Origin: Bacteroidetes bacterium ADurb.Bin234
GTDB taxonomy: Bacteria; Bacteroidota; Bacteroidia; Bacteroidales; WCHB1-69
Assembly: GCA_002069895.1 (NCBI GenBank)
Contig: MWCE01000046.1
Span: forward strand, 1 to 49,671
Direction of reading: 5' to 3'
Length of the DNA: 49,671 nucleotides
Shown in pieces: positions 37,102 to 47,161 of this stretch. Numbering within the stretch: the stretch's first letter is position 1; the number at the start of each line of letters is the position of its first letter. The position numbers and the translations under genes are program-made. Below the pieces are notes generated by a model. That model worked only from the letters and a program-made list of their open reading frames with translations. It ran no database searches and had not been told where the DNA came from.

Positions 37102-37317
37102 ACCTTTTAATTATCAAAAGGTTTGATGCTTAAAATTGTTTCGTTTATTGATGTGCAAAAGTAATCTTTATTTTAAGATAAAATTATAAAGCTTGAATGC
37201 ATTAACATTAATTAGTTTAAACCATATTTGTTATTAACATAAGACTGTGAAATACTTTTAAGAAAGTTATTTTCATTATGTACGAAGAGTATATAATTTT
37301 GTAACGATAAAAACAGC

Positions 37318-38523
37318 ATGTATAAAAATATAAAACAAATAGTATATTTAATACTAATTATCTGTCTATCATTAGGTCAGACTAATACTGCTTTTTGTCA
37401 AAGCAACAAAGACGCTTTGACAAAAGAGAAAAAGCAATTGGAAAAAGAACTGGCACAACAGAAAAAATTGTTGGAAGAAACCCGCAAAAACAAAACCGCT
37501 TCATTACGAGAAATACAATTGATCACCAACCAAATAAAAAACAGAGAACGATTAATACAAACCATCAACGAAGAGCTTTCGCACATAGATGTTGAAATTG
37601 AAGAAACAAGCAAAGAAATCTCTCAATTGCAAACGAAATTAAATGAGTTGATTAAAGAATATAAAAAAGCCATATATATCGCATATAAACATCGGAACAT
37701 TTTGGATAAAGCTAATTTCATCATATCGGCCGAGAATGTGCATCAAGCGGTGAAACGCATGCGTTATCTTCAAGAATATTCAAATGCATTGAATCGACAC
37801 CTGCTGATTATCCAACAAACGCAAACTGCAAAAAAGGAAAAAGAAGAAGCCTTAATCCAAACCAAACAGGAGAAAGAAAATCTTTTGGTTAATAAAAACC
37901 AAGAAAAAACAAAACTGCAAAAGCAGCAAAAAGAAAAAGACCGCGTTGTTTCTACCTTAAAAAAGAAAGAAAGTCAAATCAACGCTGAAATAAACCGTAA
38001 AATAAAACGCCAAAAAGCCATTGATGCTCAGATATCCAAGATCATTGAGGCCGAATTAGCCAGGGCTAAAAAAGCAAGTTCCCCTAAAGTGGAAGCGGCT
38101 AATGTTGCTTTATCGGCCGATTTTGCAAGTAATCAGGGAAAACTCCCCTGGCCCGTTGATAAAGGTAGCATTATCACTAATTTCGGCACTTATTCCCATC
38201 CGGAAGTATCGTCGGTGAAAATCACCAATAACGGTATCAACATCCTTACCGACAGAGCCGCTCCCGTTCGCAGCGTTTTTAACGGGAAAATATCGACCGT
38301 AAGTGTTATTGACGGGGCTAATGTAGTTATTATCAGTCATGGAGGATATCTTACTGTATACAGTAATTTAGGGAATGTAAATGTAAAACCCGGCGACAAT
38401 GTTAGCACCCGCCAAGTAATAGGAAATATGAAATCCGATCCCAACGACAGCAAATCGGAACTACATTTCGAAATCCGTAAAGAACGAACACCCCTAAATC
38501 CCGCATTATGGATTAAGCGATAA
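37318..38523 (+). CDS. EnvC-like murein hydrolase activator / M23 peptidase-domain protein
   Basis: Signal peptide, ~230-aa coiled-coil, and a C-terminal M23 (LytM) domain (GINI...ISHGGYLTVYSNL...LHFEIR). Confidence 0.85.
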   Translation: MYKNIKQIVYLILIICLSLGQTNTAFCQSNKDALTKEKKQLEKELAQQKKLLEETRKNKTASLREIQLITNQIKNRERLIQTINEELSHIDVEIEETSKEISQLQTKLNELIKEYKKAIYIAYKHRNILDKANFIISAENVHQAVKRMRYLQEYSNALNRHLLIIQQTQTAKKEKEEALIQTKQEKENLLVNKNQEKTKLQKQQKEKDRVVSTLKKKESQINAEINRKIKRQKAIDAQISKIIEAELARAKKASSPKVEAANVALSADFASNQGKLPWPVDKGSIITNFGTYSHPEVSSVKITNNGINILTDRAAPVRSVFNGKISTVSVIDGANVVIISHGGYLTVYSNLGNVNVKPGDNVSTRQVIGNMKSDPNDSKSELHFEIRKERTPLNPALWIKR

Positions 38524-38586
38524 TTGTATACAATTTTCCAAACAAACATCCGTTTAATAATTGATTTCAATCTAAACCCAAACAAC

Positions 38587-40104
38587 ATGGCATTTACCTT
38601 AGAGAATATCCTATTAATCGGTTCCGTTTTACTTTTTATAAGTTTATTAGCCGGAAAAACAGGATATAAGTTAGGGGTCCCCACTTTACTGCTTTTCCTC
38701 TTTCTCGGAATGATAACCGGCACCGATGGTTTGGGCATTGAATTAAACAATCCACACACGGCACAAGCAATTGGCATTATAGCTTTATGCAGTATATTGT
38801 TTTCGGGAGGAATGGATACCCGCCTCTCCGATATAAAACCTATAGCAACCCAAGGTGTCGTGTTGGCAACCTTGGGAGTTTTATTAACGGCTTTTATTGT
38901 CGGAGGATTTATTTATCTTATCAGTAATTATTTCTATATTGGTATACATTTCACTTTTTTAGAGTCCATGCTTTTAGCATCGATAATGTCGTCAACAGAT
39001 TCGGCTTCGGTATTCTCAATTTTACGTTCCAAAGGTCTGCGACTTAAACAAAATTTAAAACCTACCTTGGAGTTGGAAAGCGGAAGCAACGATCCCATGG
39101 CTTTTATGTTGACCATTGTTTTTATTCAACTCATTCAGAATCCTATTCAACAAAACATCGGACATGCAGTATTAAACTTTTTTATGCAAATGTCGATAGG
39201 TGCATTAGGTGGTTATTTGTTGGGTAAAATATCAATATGGATTATAAATAAAATTGAACTCTTTAACGATTCCTTGTATTTGGTATTTATCGTTGCTTGT
39301 GCATTCTTTATTTATTCTTTCACCAATTTTATCCATGGAAACGGTTTTTTGGGTGTTTATATTGGCGGACTCATTATCGGTAATCATAAATTCGTACATA
39401 AGAAATCCATTATCAAATTCTTCGACGGATTAACCTGGTTGGCTCAAATTGTTTTATTCTTGACATTGGGACTGTTGGTGAATCCAAGCGAATTATTAAA
39501 TCCCGAAGTCATTATTACCGGTTTGTTGGTTGGATTCTTTATGATTATTTTCGGCCGACCTATATCTGTTTTATTATCCTTACTCCCTTTTCGGAAAATA
39601 CCCTTTAACGCACGCATGTACATTTCATGGGTAGGTTTAAGGGGTGCGGTTCCCATAGTGTTTGCCATGTATCCTTGGATTGCCGGATTGGAAAATGCTA
39701 AATTAATCTTTAATATCGTTTTCTTCATTACCATTATCTCATTGATAATCCAAGGCACTACCGTTCCCTCAATGGCAAAACTTTTAGGTATTTTCGATAA
39801 TGCAAAGATACCTAAACCTATAAACTTTTTAGATTCCGATTTCACCGACGCCACCAAATCCAGTTCCTGTGAAATAATCATCACCGACAATGTATTGAAA
39901 TTAGGCCATCGCATCATGGATATTCCTTTTCCCGACAAAACATTGGTGGTTATGCTGAAACGCGGTGAACACTATTTCATTCCAAACGGGAAAACCGAAC
40001 TCTTCGATGGCGACAAACTCCTTATTATTACCGACGATAAAGAAGCCGTACTCGAAACTTACCGACAAATAGGTTTGCAAAAAGAGATTCCCCCTCTGGA
40101 TTGA
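38587..40104 (+). CDS. CPA1-family K+/H+ antiporter (NhaP2/CvrA-like) with C-terminal TrkA_C domain
   Basis: Na_H exchanger membrane domain plus a TrkA_C-like tail (TLVVMLKRGEHYFIPNGKTELFDGDKLLIITD). Start at MAFTLENILL (ATG 38587). Confidence 0.85.
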   Translation: MAFTLENILLIGSVLLFISLLAGKTGYKLGVPTLLLFLFLGMITGTDGLGIELNNPHTAQAIGIIALCSILFSGGMDTRLSDIKPIATQGVVLATLGVLLTAFIVGGFIYLISNYFYIGIHFTFLESMLLASIMSSTDSASVFSILRSKGLRLKQNLKPTLELESGSNDPMAFMLTIVFIQLIQNPIQQNIGHAVLNFFMQMSIGALGGYLLGKISIWIINKIELFNDSLYLVFIVACAFFIYSFTNFIHGNGFLGVYIGGLIIGNHKFVHKKSIIKFFDGLTWLAQIVLFLTLGLLVNPSELLNPEVIITGLLVGFFMIIFGRPISVLLSLLPFRKIPFNARMYISWVGLRGAVPIVFAMYPWIAGLENAKLIFNIVFFITIISLIIQGTTVPSMAKLLGIFDNAKIPKPINFLDSDFTDATKSSSCEIIITDNVLKLGHRIMDIPFPDKTLVVMLKRGEHYFIPNGKTELFDGDKLLIITDDKEAVLETYRQIGLQKEIPPLD

Positions 40105-40125
40105 CACATTGTTATTAAGCTATTT

Positions 40126-43100
40126 ATGCCTAAAAACATTTTTCATATTCGATTGTTTGTGTTGTTGCCGCTATTATTGCTCCTTTCGAATAGCTGCCTT
40201 TTACATGCTCAATCATTATCCAACAGAATAAACAAAACCATCATTTTTGAATCCGATACTTTGCAATTAGATTCTTTATCGCTGGTTCCCGGCAGTTTAA
40301 AGATATCGGCTTTGGATACCGGCGATTATGAAATAGATCAAATCAATGCTTTATTGATTTTAAAAAATAAAACCTTCATAGGGAAACCTTTAAGCATTGA
40401 ATACCGGCGATTTCCCTACCGCATCAATAAAGCTTTTTCACATAAAGATACAAATGTGATAGAGAAAAATTTATATGAACCCGTTAATCCCTTGATGATT
40501 AACGATGCCGAGCCAAACGACTTCTTAAACTTATCGGATGCAAGCCTTCAAAGTTCGGGGAGCTTGTCAAGGGGAATTACTATCGGCAATAATCAAGATA
40601 TGAGTGTTCAATCCAATCTTAACTTACAATTATCGGGTAAACTGTCGGATGATGTTGATATCATCGCAAATATTACCGATCAAAACATCCCTTTTCAACC
40701 TGAAGGGAATACACGCCAAATACAAGAATTCGATAAAATATATATTCAATTAAACTATAAAGACCGTGTTTCACTGTTGGCAGGTGATATTGAAGACAAA
40801 TCGAGCGATACTTATTTTATGCAATTCACCAAAAAAGGACAAGGATTAATGGGTGATGTGTTGCTGCTTTCCGAAACCAAAAAGAAAGACACTACTGCTT
40901 ATCATATCAAAGTAAGCGGAGCTGTTGCCAAAGGTAATTTTCGCCGACAAAGTATTGTTGCCATCGAAGGAAATCAAGGACCTTATCAACTTAGCGGCGA
41001 AAATCAAGAAAACTTTATCATTATACTTTCCGGCTCGGAACGTATTTATATTGACGGTAAATTGTTAACAAGAGGTCAAGATGCCGATTACGTAATCAAC
41101 TACAATTCCGGAGAATTGACTTTCACCGCCAAACAACCCATCACCAAAGACAAACGTATCGTGGCCGAATTCGAATACTCCGATCAAAACTATGTGCGTA
41201 CCTTAGCCCATATCGGTACCGAAATCAAACAGAAGAAATGGAATTTCTCTTTTCATTTTTACAATGAACAAGACATGAAAAACCAATCCAATCAGTTAGA
41301 ATTAAACGACCAAAACATCGCTTTTCTACGTCAAATAGGAAATAATGTGGATCAAGCCTATTATCCATATATCGATAGTGTTGGATTTCAAGAGAATGAA
41401 GTGATGTACAAAAAAATCGACACCTTGGTAAACGGCATTACCTATGATTCGGTCTTCGTTTATTCCACCCATGCAGACAGTGCTTATTATCGGTTAAAAT
41501 TCACTTTGGTTGACCAAGGGAAAGGGAACTATGTGTTAACCCAATCGTCGGCTAACGGCAGGGTGTTTGCCTGGGTAGCTCCCATCAACGGAATTCCGCA
41601 AGGGAACTATGAACCGATTATCTTGCTTATCACACCCAAACGTATACAAATGTATCATTTGAATGTTAGTTATGAATTACCTAAAAACACCTTTGTTCAT
41701 TTTGAAACCGCACTCTCTAATAATGATGTAAACACTTTCTCTACCATAGGAAACTCACAAAATGTGGGTATGGCACTGCGTTTTATGTTAAAAAACACCG
41801 CTCCTTTACCTTCAAAGAAAACACTATCTGCTGAAAAGCGTTGGAAAATGCATACGGCACTACATTATGAAACCAAAAACAAATGGTTTGATTATATTGA
41901 AAATTATCGCGACGTGGAATTTGTCCGTAACTATAACCTCGCCGATTCCCTTACCCAAGCCACTGAACATTTCACGGGATTGAATCTAAGCTTCGACCAA
42001 GCCGATAAAGGACATATCGGATGGAGCAGCAATGTGTTCCTTATTCCGGCATATGCATGGCATGCCATTCAAAATCAATTTATAACAGATTTAAAACTTC
42101 GTGCTTACACCCTGCAAATCAATGCTTCCTTACTCAACAGCCAATCGCAGAAAGATAAAACCCTCTTTTTAAAACACGATGAATTATTCAGCCGGAGCTT
42201 TCGCTACTTCGAAATCGGTTTGCATGAACAAATGGAATACAATCAATTCAAACAAAACGACAGCCTTATACCATTAAGTCGAGCATTTAATGAAATAGCT
42301 GTTTTTCTTAAACAAAACGACAGCATTACACGTGATTATAATTATGTTTTGCAATACAGCAACCGTATCGACCAAGCCGTTAAAGGAAACCATTTCAGCA
42401 CATCGGCCATTGCCCACAACTTAAAAGCCGGATTCGATATGTTGAAGTTTGCCAATCATCCTCTACGTTTTACTTTGTCATATAGAAATTTACGTTATAA
42501 AGACAGTTTGGCGGCAACACAAGCCCCGGAAAACACTTTGTTGGCAAGTATCGATTATCAAGGACAAATTTGCAAAGGGGCAATCCAGTGGGGTTTATTC
42601 TACGAATTAGGTTCGGGTATGGAACAGAAAAATGCCTATACTTATATCAAAGTGGCCAATAGCCAAGGAACTTATCAATGGATTGACTATAACGGTAACG
42701 GCATAGAAGAGCTTGACGAATTTGAAGTAGCCATTTATAAAGACCAGGCAAACTATATCCGCCTTTGGCTCGTTTCCAACGAATATATCAAGACATTCAA
42801 CAATAAACTCACACAAAGTCTAGGCTTACGGCCTGCTGCCGTATGGTATAACAAAAAAGGAATAAAGAAATTCATTGCCCGCTTTGCCAATCAAACCACC
42901 TATCAAACCCAATTAAAACAAACCGCTGCCGATTTTATTTCTACCATCAATCCTTTTTATTCAAATTTAACCGATACGGCATTGGTTTCAACCGCTATGC
43001 ACTTCCGGAACGCTTTCTCCTTTAACCAAAACAGCCTGATTTGGGGTCTGGATGCTATTTACAGCCATTCAAAAAACAAATTATTAACCGTCAATGGATT

Positions 43101-43632
43101 CGAATCATCAAACCTGAATGATTGGCAATTTTCAGGACGTTGCCGCATCTTTAAAGATTTTATCTTAAAACTGAATTATTACCATAAACTAAACACCAAA
43201 AACTCCGAATATTTTAATCTTAAAAACTATCGTATACTCAACAACAGCATGGAACCCATACTCACTTATCAATTCGACAACCAATTAACTGCAAGCATTT
43301 TATATGCTTACATACAAAAAATTAACACCACAGGCGAAGAACGAAGCTATACGCACAAACTAACAAGCGAAATCAATTACCGCATGCCAAAACGAGGCTC
43401 TTTACTCACACAAATAAGTTATTATCATATTCAGTTTAAAGGCAAAACATCCGCTCCCTGCGCTTATGAAATGCTGGAAGCCCTACAACCCGGACACAAT
43501 GGCGTGTTTACAATTGCCTATCAAACAACCTTACTTAAAAATCTACAAATGAATTTAATGTATGAAGGACGAATTTCAACCGGCGTGGCGATGATACATA
43601 CCGGCAGTGTGGAAATAAGAGCATATTTTTAG
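40126..43632 (+). CDS. large conserved-hypothetical secreted/outer-membrane protein
   Basis: 1168 aa with a signal peptide. Beta-rich C-terminal half ending VEIRAYF (OMP-like terminal Phe). I recognise no family. Confidence 0.55.
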   Translation: MPKNIFHIRLFVLLPLLLLLSNSCLLHAQSLSNRINKTIIFESDTLQLDSLSLVPGSLKISALDTGDYEIDQINALLILKNKTFIGKPLSIEYRRFPYRINKAFSHKDTNVIEKNLYEPVNPLMINDAEPNDFLNLSDASLQSSGSLSRGITIGNNQDMSVQSNLNLQLSGKLSDDVDIIANITDQNIPFQPEGNTRQIQEFDKIYIQLNYKDRVSLLAGDIEDKSSDTYFMQFTKKGQGLMGDVLLLSETKKKDTTAYHIKVSGAVAKGNFRRQSIVAIEGNQGPYQLSGENQENFIIILSGSERIYIDGKLLTRGQDADYVINYNSGELTFTAKQPITKDKRIVAEFEYSDQNYVRTLAHIGTEIKQKKWNFSFHFYNEQDMKNQSNQLELNDQNIAFLRQIGNNVDQAYYPYIDSVGFQENEVMYKKIDTLVNGITYDSVFVYSTHADSAYYRLKFTLVDQGKGNYVLTQSSANGRVFAWVAPINGIPQGNYEPIILLITPKRIQMYHLNVSYELPKNTFVHFETALSNNDVNTFSTIGNSQNVGMALRFMLKNTAPLPSKKTLSAEKRWKMHTALHYETKNKWFDYIENYRDVEFVRNYNLADSLTQATEHFTGLNLSFDQADKGHIGWSSNVFLIPAYAWHAIQNQFITDLKLRAYTLQINASLLNSQSQKDKTLFLKHDELFSRSFRYFEIGLHEQMEYNQFKQNDSLIPLSRAFNEIAVFLKQNDSITRDYNYVLQYSNRIDQAVKGNHFSTSAIAHNLKAGFDMLKFANHPLRFTLSYRNLRYKDSLAATQAPENTLLASIDYQGQICKGAIQWGLFYELGSGMEQKNAYTYIKVANSQGTYQWIDYNGNGIEELDEFEVAIYKDQANYIRLWLVSNEYIKTFNNKLTQSLGLRPAAVWYNKKGIKKFIARFANQTTYQTQLKQTAADFISTINPFYSNLTDTALVSTAMHFRNAFSFNQNSLIWGLDAIYSHSKNKLLTVNGFESSNLNDWQFSGRCRIFKDFILKLNYYHKLNTKNSEYFNLKNYRILNNSMEPILTYQFDNQLTASILYAYIQKINTTGEERSYTHKLTSEINYRMPKRGSLLTQISYYHIQFKGKTSAPCAYEMLEALQPGHNGVFTIAYQTTLLKNLQMNLMYEGRISTGVAMIHTGSVEIRAYF

Positions 43633-43639
43633 AAACATT

Positions 43640-43918
43640 TTAATCTTCTCCGAAAATTTTTAAATACGATTCGAATACAAAGATGCGATTCCGGTTTTGA
43701 TTGCTCACTTCTTTGAGAATGCCCTCCATCCAATTTTGACTTGTTCTAAACTCCCCCGGCATTTTATATTCACCACGAACATTTTTCAATAATTGCTGAT
43801 GCGTTGCTTTGATAAGACGAGACGAAATAGGCAATTGTTTCAATGCTTCAATAGCTTCGTTAAGTGCATTTACATAATTATTAACTTCCAACCAATCATT
43901 GCGCCTTTTTATTTTACT
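43640..43918 (-). pseudogene. Fic/DOC-family gene remnant (5'-truncated and internally deleted; no HPFxxGNGR core)
   Basis: LPISSRLIKATHQQLLKNVRGEYKMPGEFRTSQNW is the pre-core Fic region. It is joined in frame to GILKEVSNQNRNRIFVFESYLKIF, the typical extreme C-terminus. An upstream in-frame stop lies at 43919-43921. Confidence 0.6.
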
Positions 43919-43978
43919 TTATCGGCTAAAAGTAAAATGAGATTTTTTATATTTTACCTTAACGCTTAAAAGTAAAAT
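43911..43978. repeat. two tandem hairpin-forming repeats ATTTTAC(T/C)TT-N7/8-AAAGTAAAAT spaced 40 bp apart
   Basis: 43911-43937 and 43951-43978, read directly. Immediately upstream of the Fic remnant. Confidence 0.7.
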
Positions 43979-44147
43979 AACGTATATAAGAAGACAAGAA
44001 AACGCTGACTTTAATCAAACAATAGAAAAAAAATAAATACATTCACAATAATATTATGTTTTTGTAGTTAGACCATAAAGATTCAAAAATAATATAGCGT
44101 AATAGAAATGAAATTTCAGCCTTAAAACTTAACTTAAAAAATATAAC

Positions 44148-46064
44148 ATGAAAACACAATCAAACACAAAAATCAACAAGACTTTTGTCTTAACTCTTGC
44201 TTTACTATTAATTTGTACACTAAATCTCAAAGCCCAATGGACAGCTCAATCTGTCGGAATGGATTACTATGACTTTAATTCCGTATACTTTGTCAATGCC
44301 GACACCGGTTACGTGGTTGGTGTTGACTATTATAATGAAGTTGGCTTGGTTTTTAAAACAACCGATGGTGGAACTAACTGGGTTCAACTGGGATTTGATT
44401 CCACCGGAATAGAATTAAAGTCTGTATATTTTATTAATGCCGATACGGGCTATATAGTTGGGAATAATTGGGATTCAGAATCCGGTAATATTTTTAAAAC
44501 AACCGATGGCGGAACAACATGGGTAGAACAATCATACGGCGCCCTAAATTTATATCTATTTTCCGCTTATTTTCTGAATGCCGATACAGGTTTTGCTGTT
44601 GGATGCAATTTTGATGAAGAAAATTATATATTAACCGATTATATTCTTAAAACCACTGACGGAGGCTTGCATTGGACAACAAAAACCAATGGATTAAGCT
44701 GTTACTATAATTCTGTTTATTTTATTGATGCGAATACGGGTTATGCGATCGGATCCAATGAAAACGGTGCGGGAGTCGTAATGAAAACTATCGACGGCGG
44801 GGAAAATTGGATATCAAAAAACACTGGAATCAGCGGTTCTCTTAACTCCGTGTATTTTCTCAACGCCGATACGGGTTATACGGTCGGTTTTGATGATTAT
44901 AGCTACTCAGGTATTATTTACAAAACAGTAAATGGAGGAAACTATTGGATATTACAAAAAACTGTGGAAGAAGCATACTTTTATGATGTTGATTTTCCCG
45001 ATGCAAACATAGGTTATGCAGTCGGTTCCGATGATTACGGTAATGGATTAATACTAAAAACAAAAGATGGAGGAGTTAATTGGATAAAACAAAACAGCGG
45101 AAATTCATACGATCTTATGTCCGTGGATTTTATTGATACGAATATCGGTTATACGGTAGGTTACGAATTAACCGTTCTTAAAACTACCAACGGTGGGGAA
45201 ACCGAACCTACCGAACCTTGGGGAAAAATTGGCACAAAATGGACTTATTGGATACCGCAAACAGAAGGTAATTATAAGTTATTACCCTTTGAAATGCAAT
45301 CAACAGGCGATACGATAATAGAAGGAAAAACTTGTTACAAACTGGAAAACATTGGAGAATGTTCGGTAACAGATCTTTCATCTATATATATATATACAGA
45401 ATATGATAAAGTTTATTATTATGATGATGTCGCCGAAGATTTTCTTTTATTATACGATTTTTCACTAAACGCCGGCGATGAATATTATCTTTTCCTTGAT
45501 CATGGATACTTTACAAATTTATTAATTGTTTACATTGATTCGGTTGGAACGGAAATATTCAACGACAGCAGCTTCAGAGTGCAATATGTAACTACCACTT
45601 CTGCATATATTTCAGAAGACAGTGTTACTTGGCAATTAGGGGCTTCAAATAATGCAAAAATTGTTGAATTTATGGGTTCTACAACTTATTTCTTCCCCCA
45701 AAAAGTGGATTCATGCCATAACTTCATAAGCACTATTTGTTCCTATCAAGATGAGAAAGGTTTTATCTATACTACCGGAAGTTATCCTTGCGGCACACCG
45801 GTTCCGAATAGCGTTCAAGAATATAAAGCCCCTAATATCAACATATACCCCAATCCGGCACATGATCAGCTAACGATAGAAAACACAAACTCTCTGATTC
45901 GAAACATCCGTCTTTACGACCTATCGGGAAAAACCATACAAAAGGTATCGAATATTAACCAATATCAAATTACCATTCCCTTATCCGAAGTTCAGCAAGG
46001 ACTTTACTTCATCAGCGTTACTTGCGATGAGGGTGTTATAACAAAGAAAGTGATTGTTCGATAA
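44148..46064 (+). CDS. T9SS-secreted protein: N-terminal Ycf48/BNR-like beta-propeller plus C-terminal Por secretion-tail domain
   Basis: Seven ~52-aa repeats (KTTDGGTNW, KTTDGGTTW, KTTDGGLHW, KTIDGGENW, KTVNGGNYW, KTKDGGVNW, KTTNGGE). The C-terminus IYPNPAHDQLTIEN...GLYFISV...KKVIVR matches the T9SS CTD pattern. Confidence 0.8.
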   Translation: MKTQSNTKINKTFVLTLALLLICTLNLKAQWTAQSVGMDYYDFNSVYFVNADTGYVVGVDYYNEVGLVFKTTDGGTNWVQLGFDSTGIELKSVYFINADTGYIVGNNWDSESGNIFKTTDGGTTWVEQSYGALNLYLFSAYFLNADTGFAVGCNFDEENYILTDYILKTTDGGLHWTTKTNGLSCYYNSVYFIDANTGYAIGSNENGAGVVMKTIDGGENWISKNTGISGSLNSVYFLNADTGYTVGFDDYSYSGIIYKTVNGGNYWILQKTVEEAYFYDVDFPDANIGYAVGSDDYGNGLILKTKDGGVNWIKQNSGNSYDLMSVDFIDTNIGYTVGYELTVLKTTNGGETEPTEPWGKIGTKWTYWIPQTEGNYKLLPFEMQSTGDTIIEGKTCYKLENIGECSVTDLSSIYIYTEYDKVYYYDDVAEDFLLLYDFSLNAGDEYYLFLDHGYFTNLLIVYIDSVGTEIFNDSSFRVQYVTTTSAYISEDSVTWQLGASNNAKIVEFMGSTTYFFPQKVDSCHNFISTICSYQDEKGFIYTTGSYPCGTPVPNSVQEYKAPNINIYPNPAHDQLTIENTNSLIRNIRLYDLSGKTIQKVSNINQYQITIPLSEVQQGLYFISVTCDEGVITKKVIVR

Positions 46065-46069
46065 AACAT

Positions 46070-46972
46070 TTAAGTTTTCATTCTCAACTTCAATGCTGAA
46101 AAAATAGTATCGGGTTTTAGGTGGAAAACGCATGCCATTTCGCCCGCCATGCAGTAACCACAGTATTCACAGATATTCAAGGCTTCGAGCGGACAGCCTT
46201 CCACACGGATTTTGTCGGGAAGGATAAAGTTGGTTATCCAGCAGTATTTCTTAAATTTATTGGTTTTCATCTTCTTTAATCCCGAAACGGAATTCATAAC
46301 GGGATATCCGGCTTTCTTCATCCCTATGATAAGGTCGATTACTTCCTTTCGTTTGTCCCAATCTAAAAACAAAGGGTCGGGTGCTAGGGAAGAAGGGGTA
46401 TAAAAATTCAAGGAGATGGAATGTATATGCGGATTTTCTTTGGCAAAACGAATGGTTTCTTCTACAGAAGTATAATTCTTACTGTTAATAACCATATTTA
46501 CGCTTAATGCTTTATGTTTGCTTTCGGCTATATTTTTACACAAACGCTCAAAAACACCCTGTCCGCGTATGTCGTCATGAAAGGCTCCCAAACCGTCGAG
46601 GCTCACCCATATGGAATCGGCTTTTAAGTCTGTAAAGGGGAATTGGGCGTTGGTGGTAACGGTAGTAGAAAAGAAACCGATTTCTTTTGCCAAATCTATT
46701 AAATCGTTGATACGGTAATGACCGTCTTTCCACATCATAGGCTCTCCGCCTTCAAAGTCAACGAAACGTGAACCTAAACGATAGGAATACTTTAATTCAT
46801 CTTCGATTTCTTCATAGGTTTTCCGCCGGGGTTGGGCATGATTGTAAACCGAGCAATGTTTACAGGACAAATTACATTCGTCGGTAATAAAAAGAACGGT
46901 CTGCAAAGGATGTTTTCTCCCGAAAAACAAAGCTCTTATATACCAAATTCCCAAATAGATCAATTGTTTCAT
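46070..46972 (-). CDS. radical SAM enzyme with C-terminal Cys-rich auxiliary motif
   Basis: CNLSCKHC (CxxxCxxC) near the N-terminus, GGEP, and C-terminal CPLEALNICEYCGYCMAGEMAC. The overall motif order is reminiscent of HpnH-like radical SAM proteins. Confidence 0.8.
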   Translation of the reverse strand: MKQLIYLGIWYIRALFFGRKHPLQTVLFITDECNLSCKHCSVYNHAQPRRKTYEEIEDELKYSYRLGSRFVDFEGGEPMMWKDGHYRINDLIDLAKEIGFFSTTVTTNAQFPFTDLKADSIWVSLDGLGAFHDDIRGQGVFERLCKNIAESKHKALSVNMVINSKNYTSVEETIRFAKENPHIHSISLNFYTPSSLAPDPLFLDWDKRKEVIDLIIGMKKAGYPVMNSVSGLKKMKTNKFKKYCWITNFILPDKIRVEGCPLEALNICEYCGYCMAGEMACVFHLKPDTIFSALKLRMKT

Positions 46973-47095
46973 TCTTCATTTATTAAGTTGTGCAAAGGTA
47001 ATAAAATTGTATACATTAACTCCAATGTATCACAAAGCTTCTTCCTTAATTCGATAGTTCTTTTTAAAGGAGTATATTTATATGTATAATAATTA

Positions 47096-47103
47096 TATCT
47101 TTG
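47096..47103 (+). promoter_or_regulatory. -7 promoter box TATCTTTG for the SOD gene
   Basis: TAnnTTTG match 58 nt upstream of the ATG at 47162. Confidence 0.35.
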
Positions 47104-47161
47104 CATATCTAAAATTCAAGTTCTTTAATTTAAACGTCAAACAGCATAAAATTAATTAAAA

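Noticed and set aside
37102-37317. TPP riboswitch or T-box upstream of the aro-thiD-thiS operon
   Set aside because: I could not find the conserved TPP core elements on the minus strand by eye. The region is AT-rich with no evident multi-stem structure. A covariance-model scan is needed to be sure.
38337-38777. 146-aa minus-strand ORF spanning the envC-like/antiporter junction, and the 164-aa ORF at 39444-39938
   Set aside because: Both are fully antisense to two genes with clear family motifs (M23 domain, Na/H exchanger), and their sequences have no domain signature.
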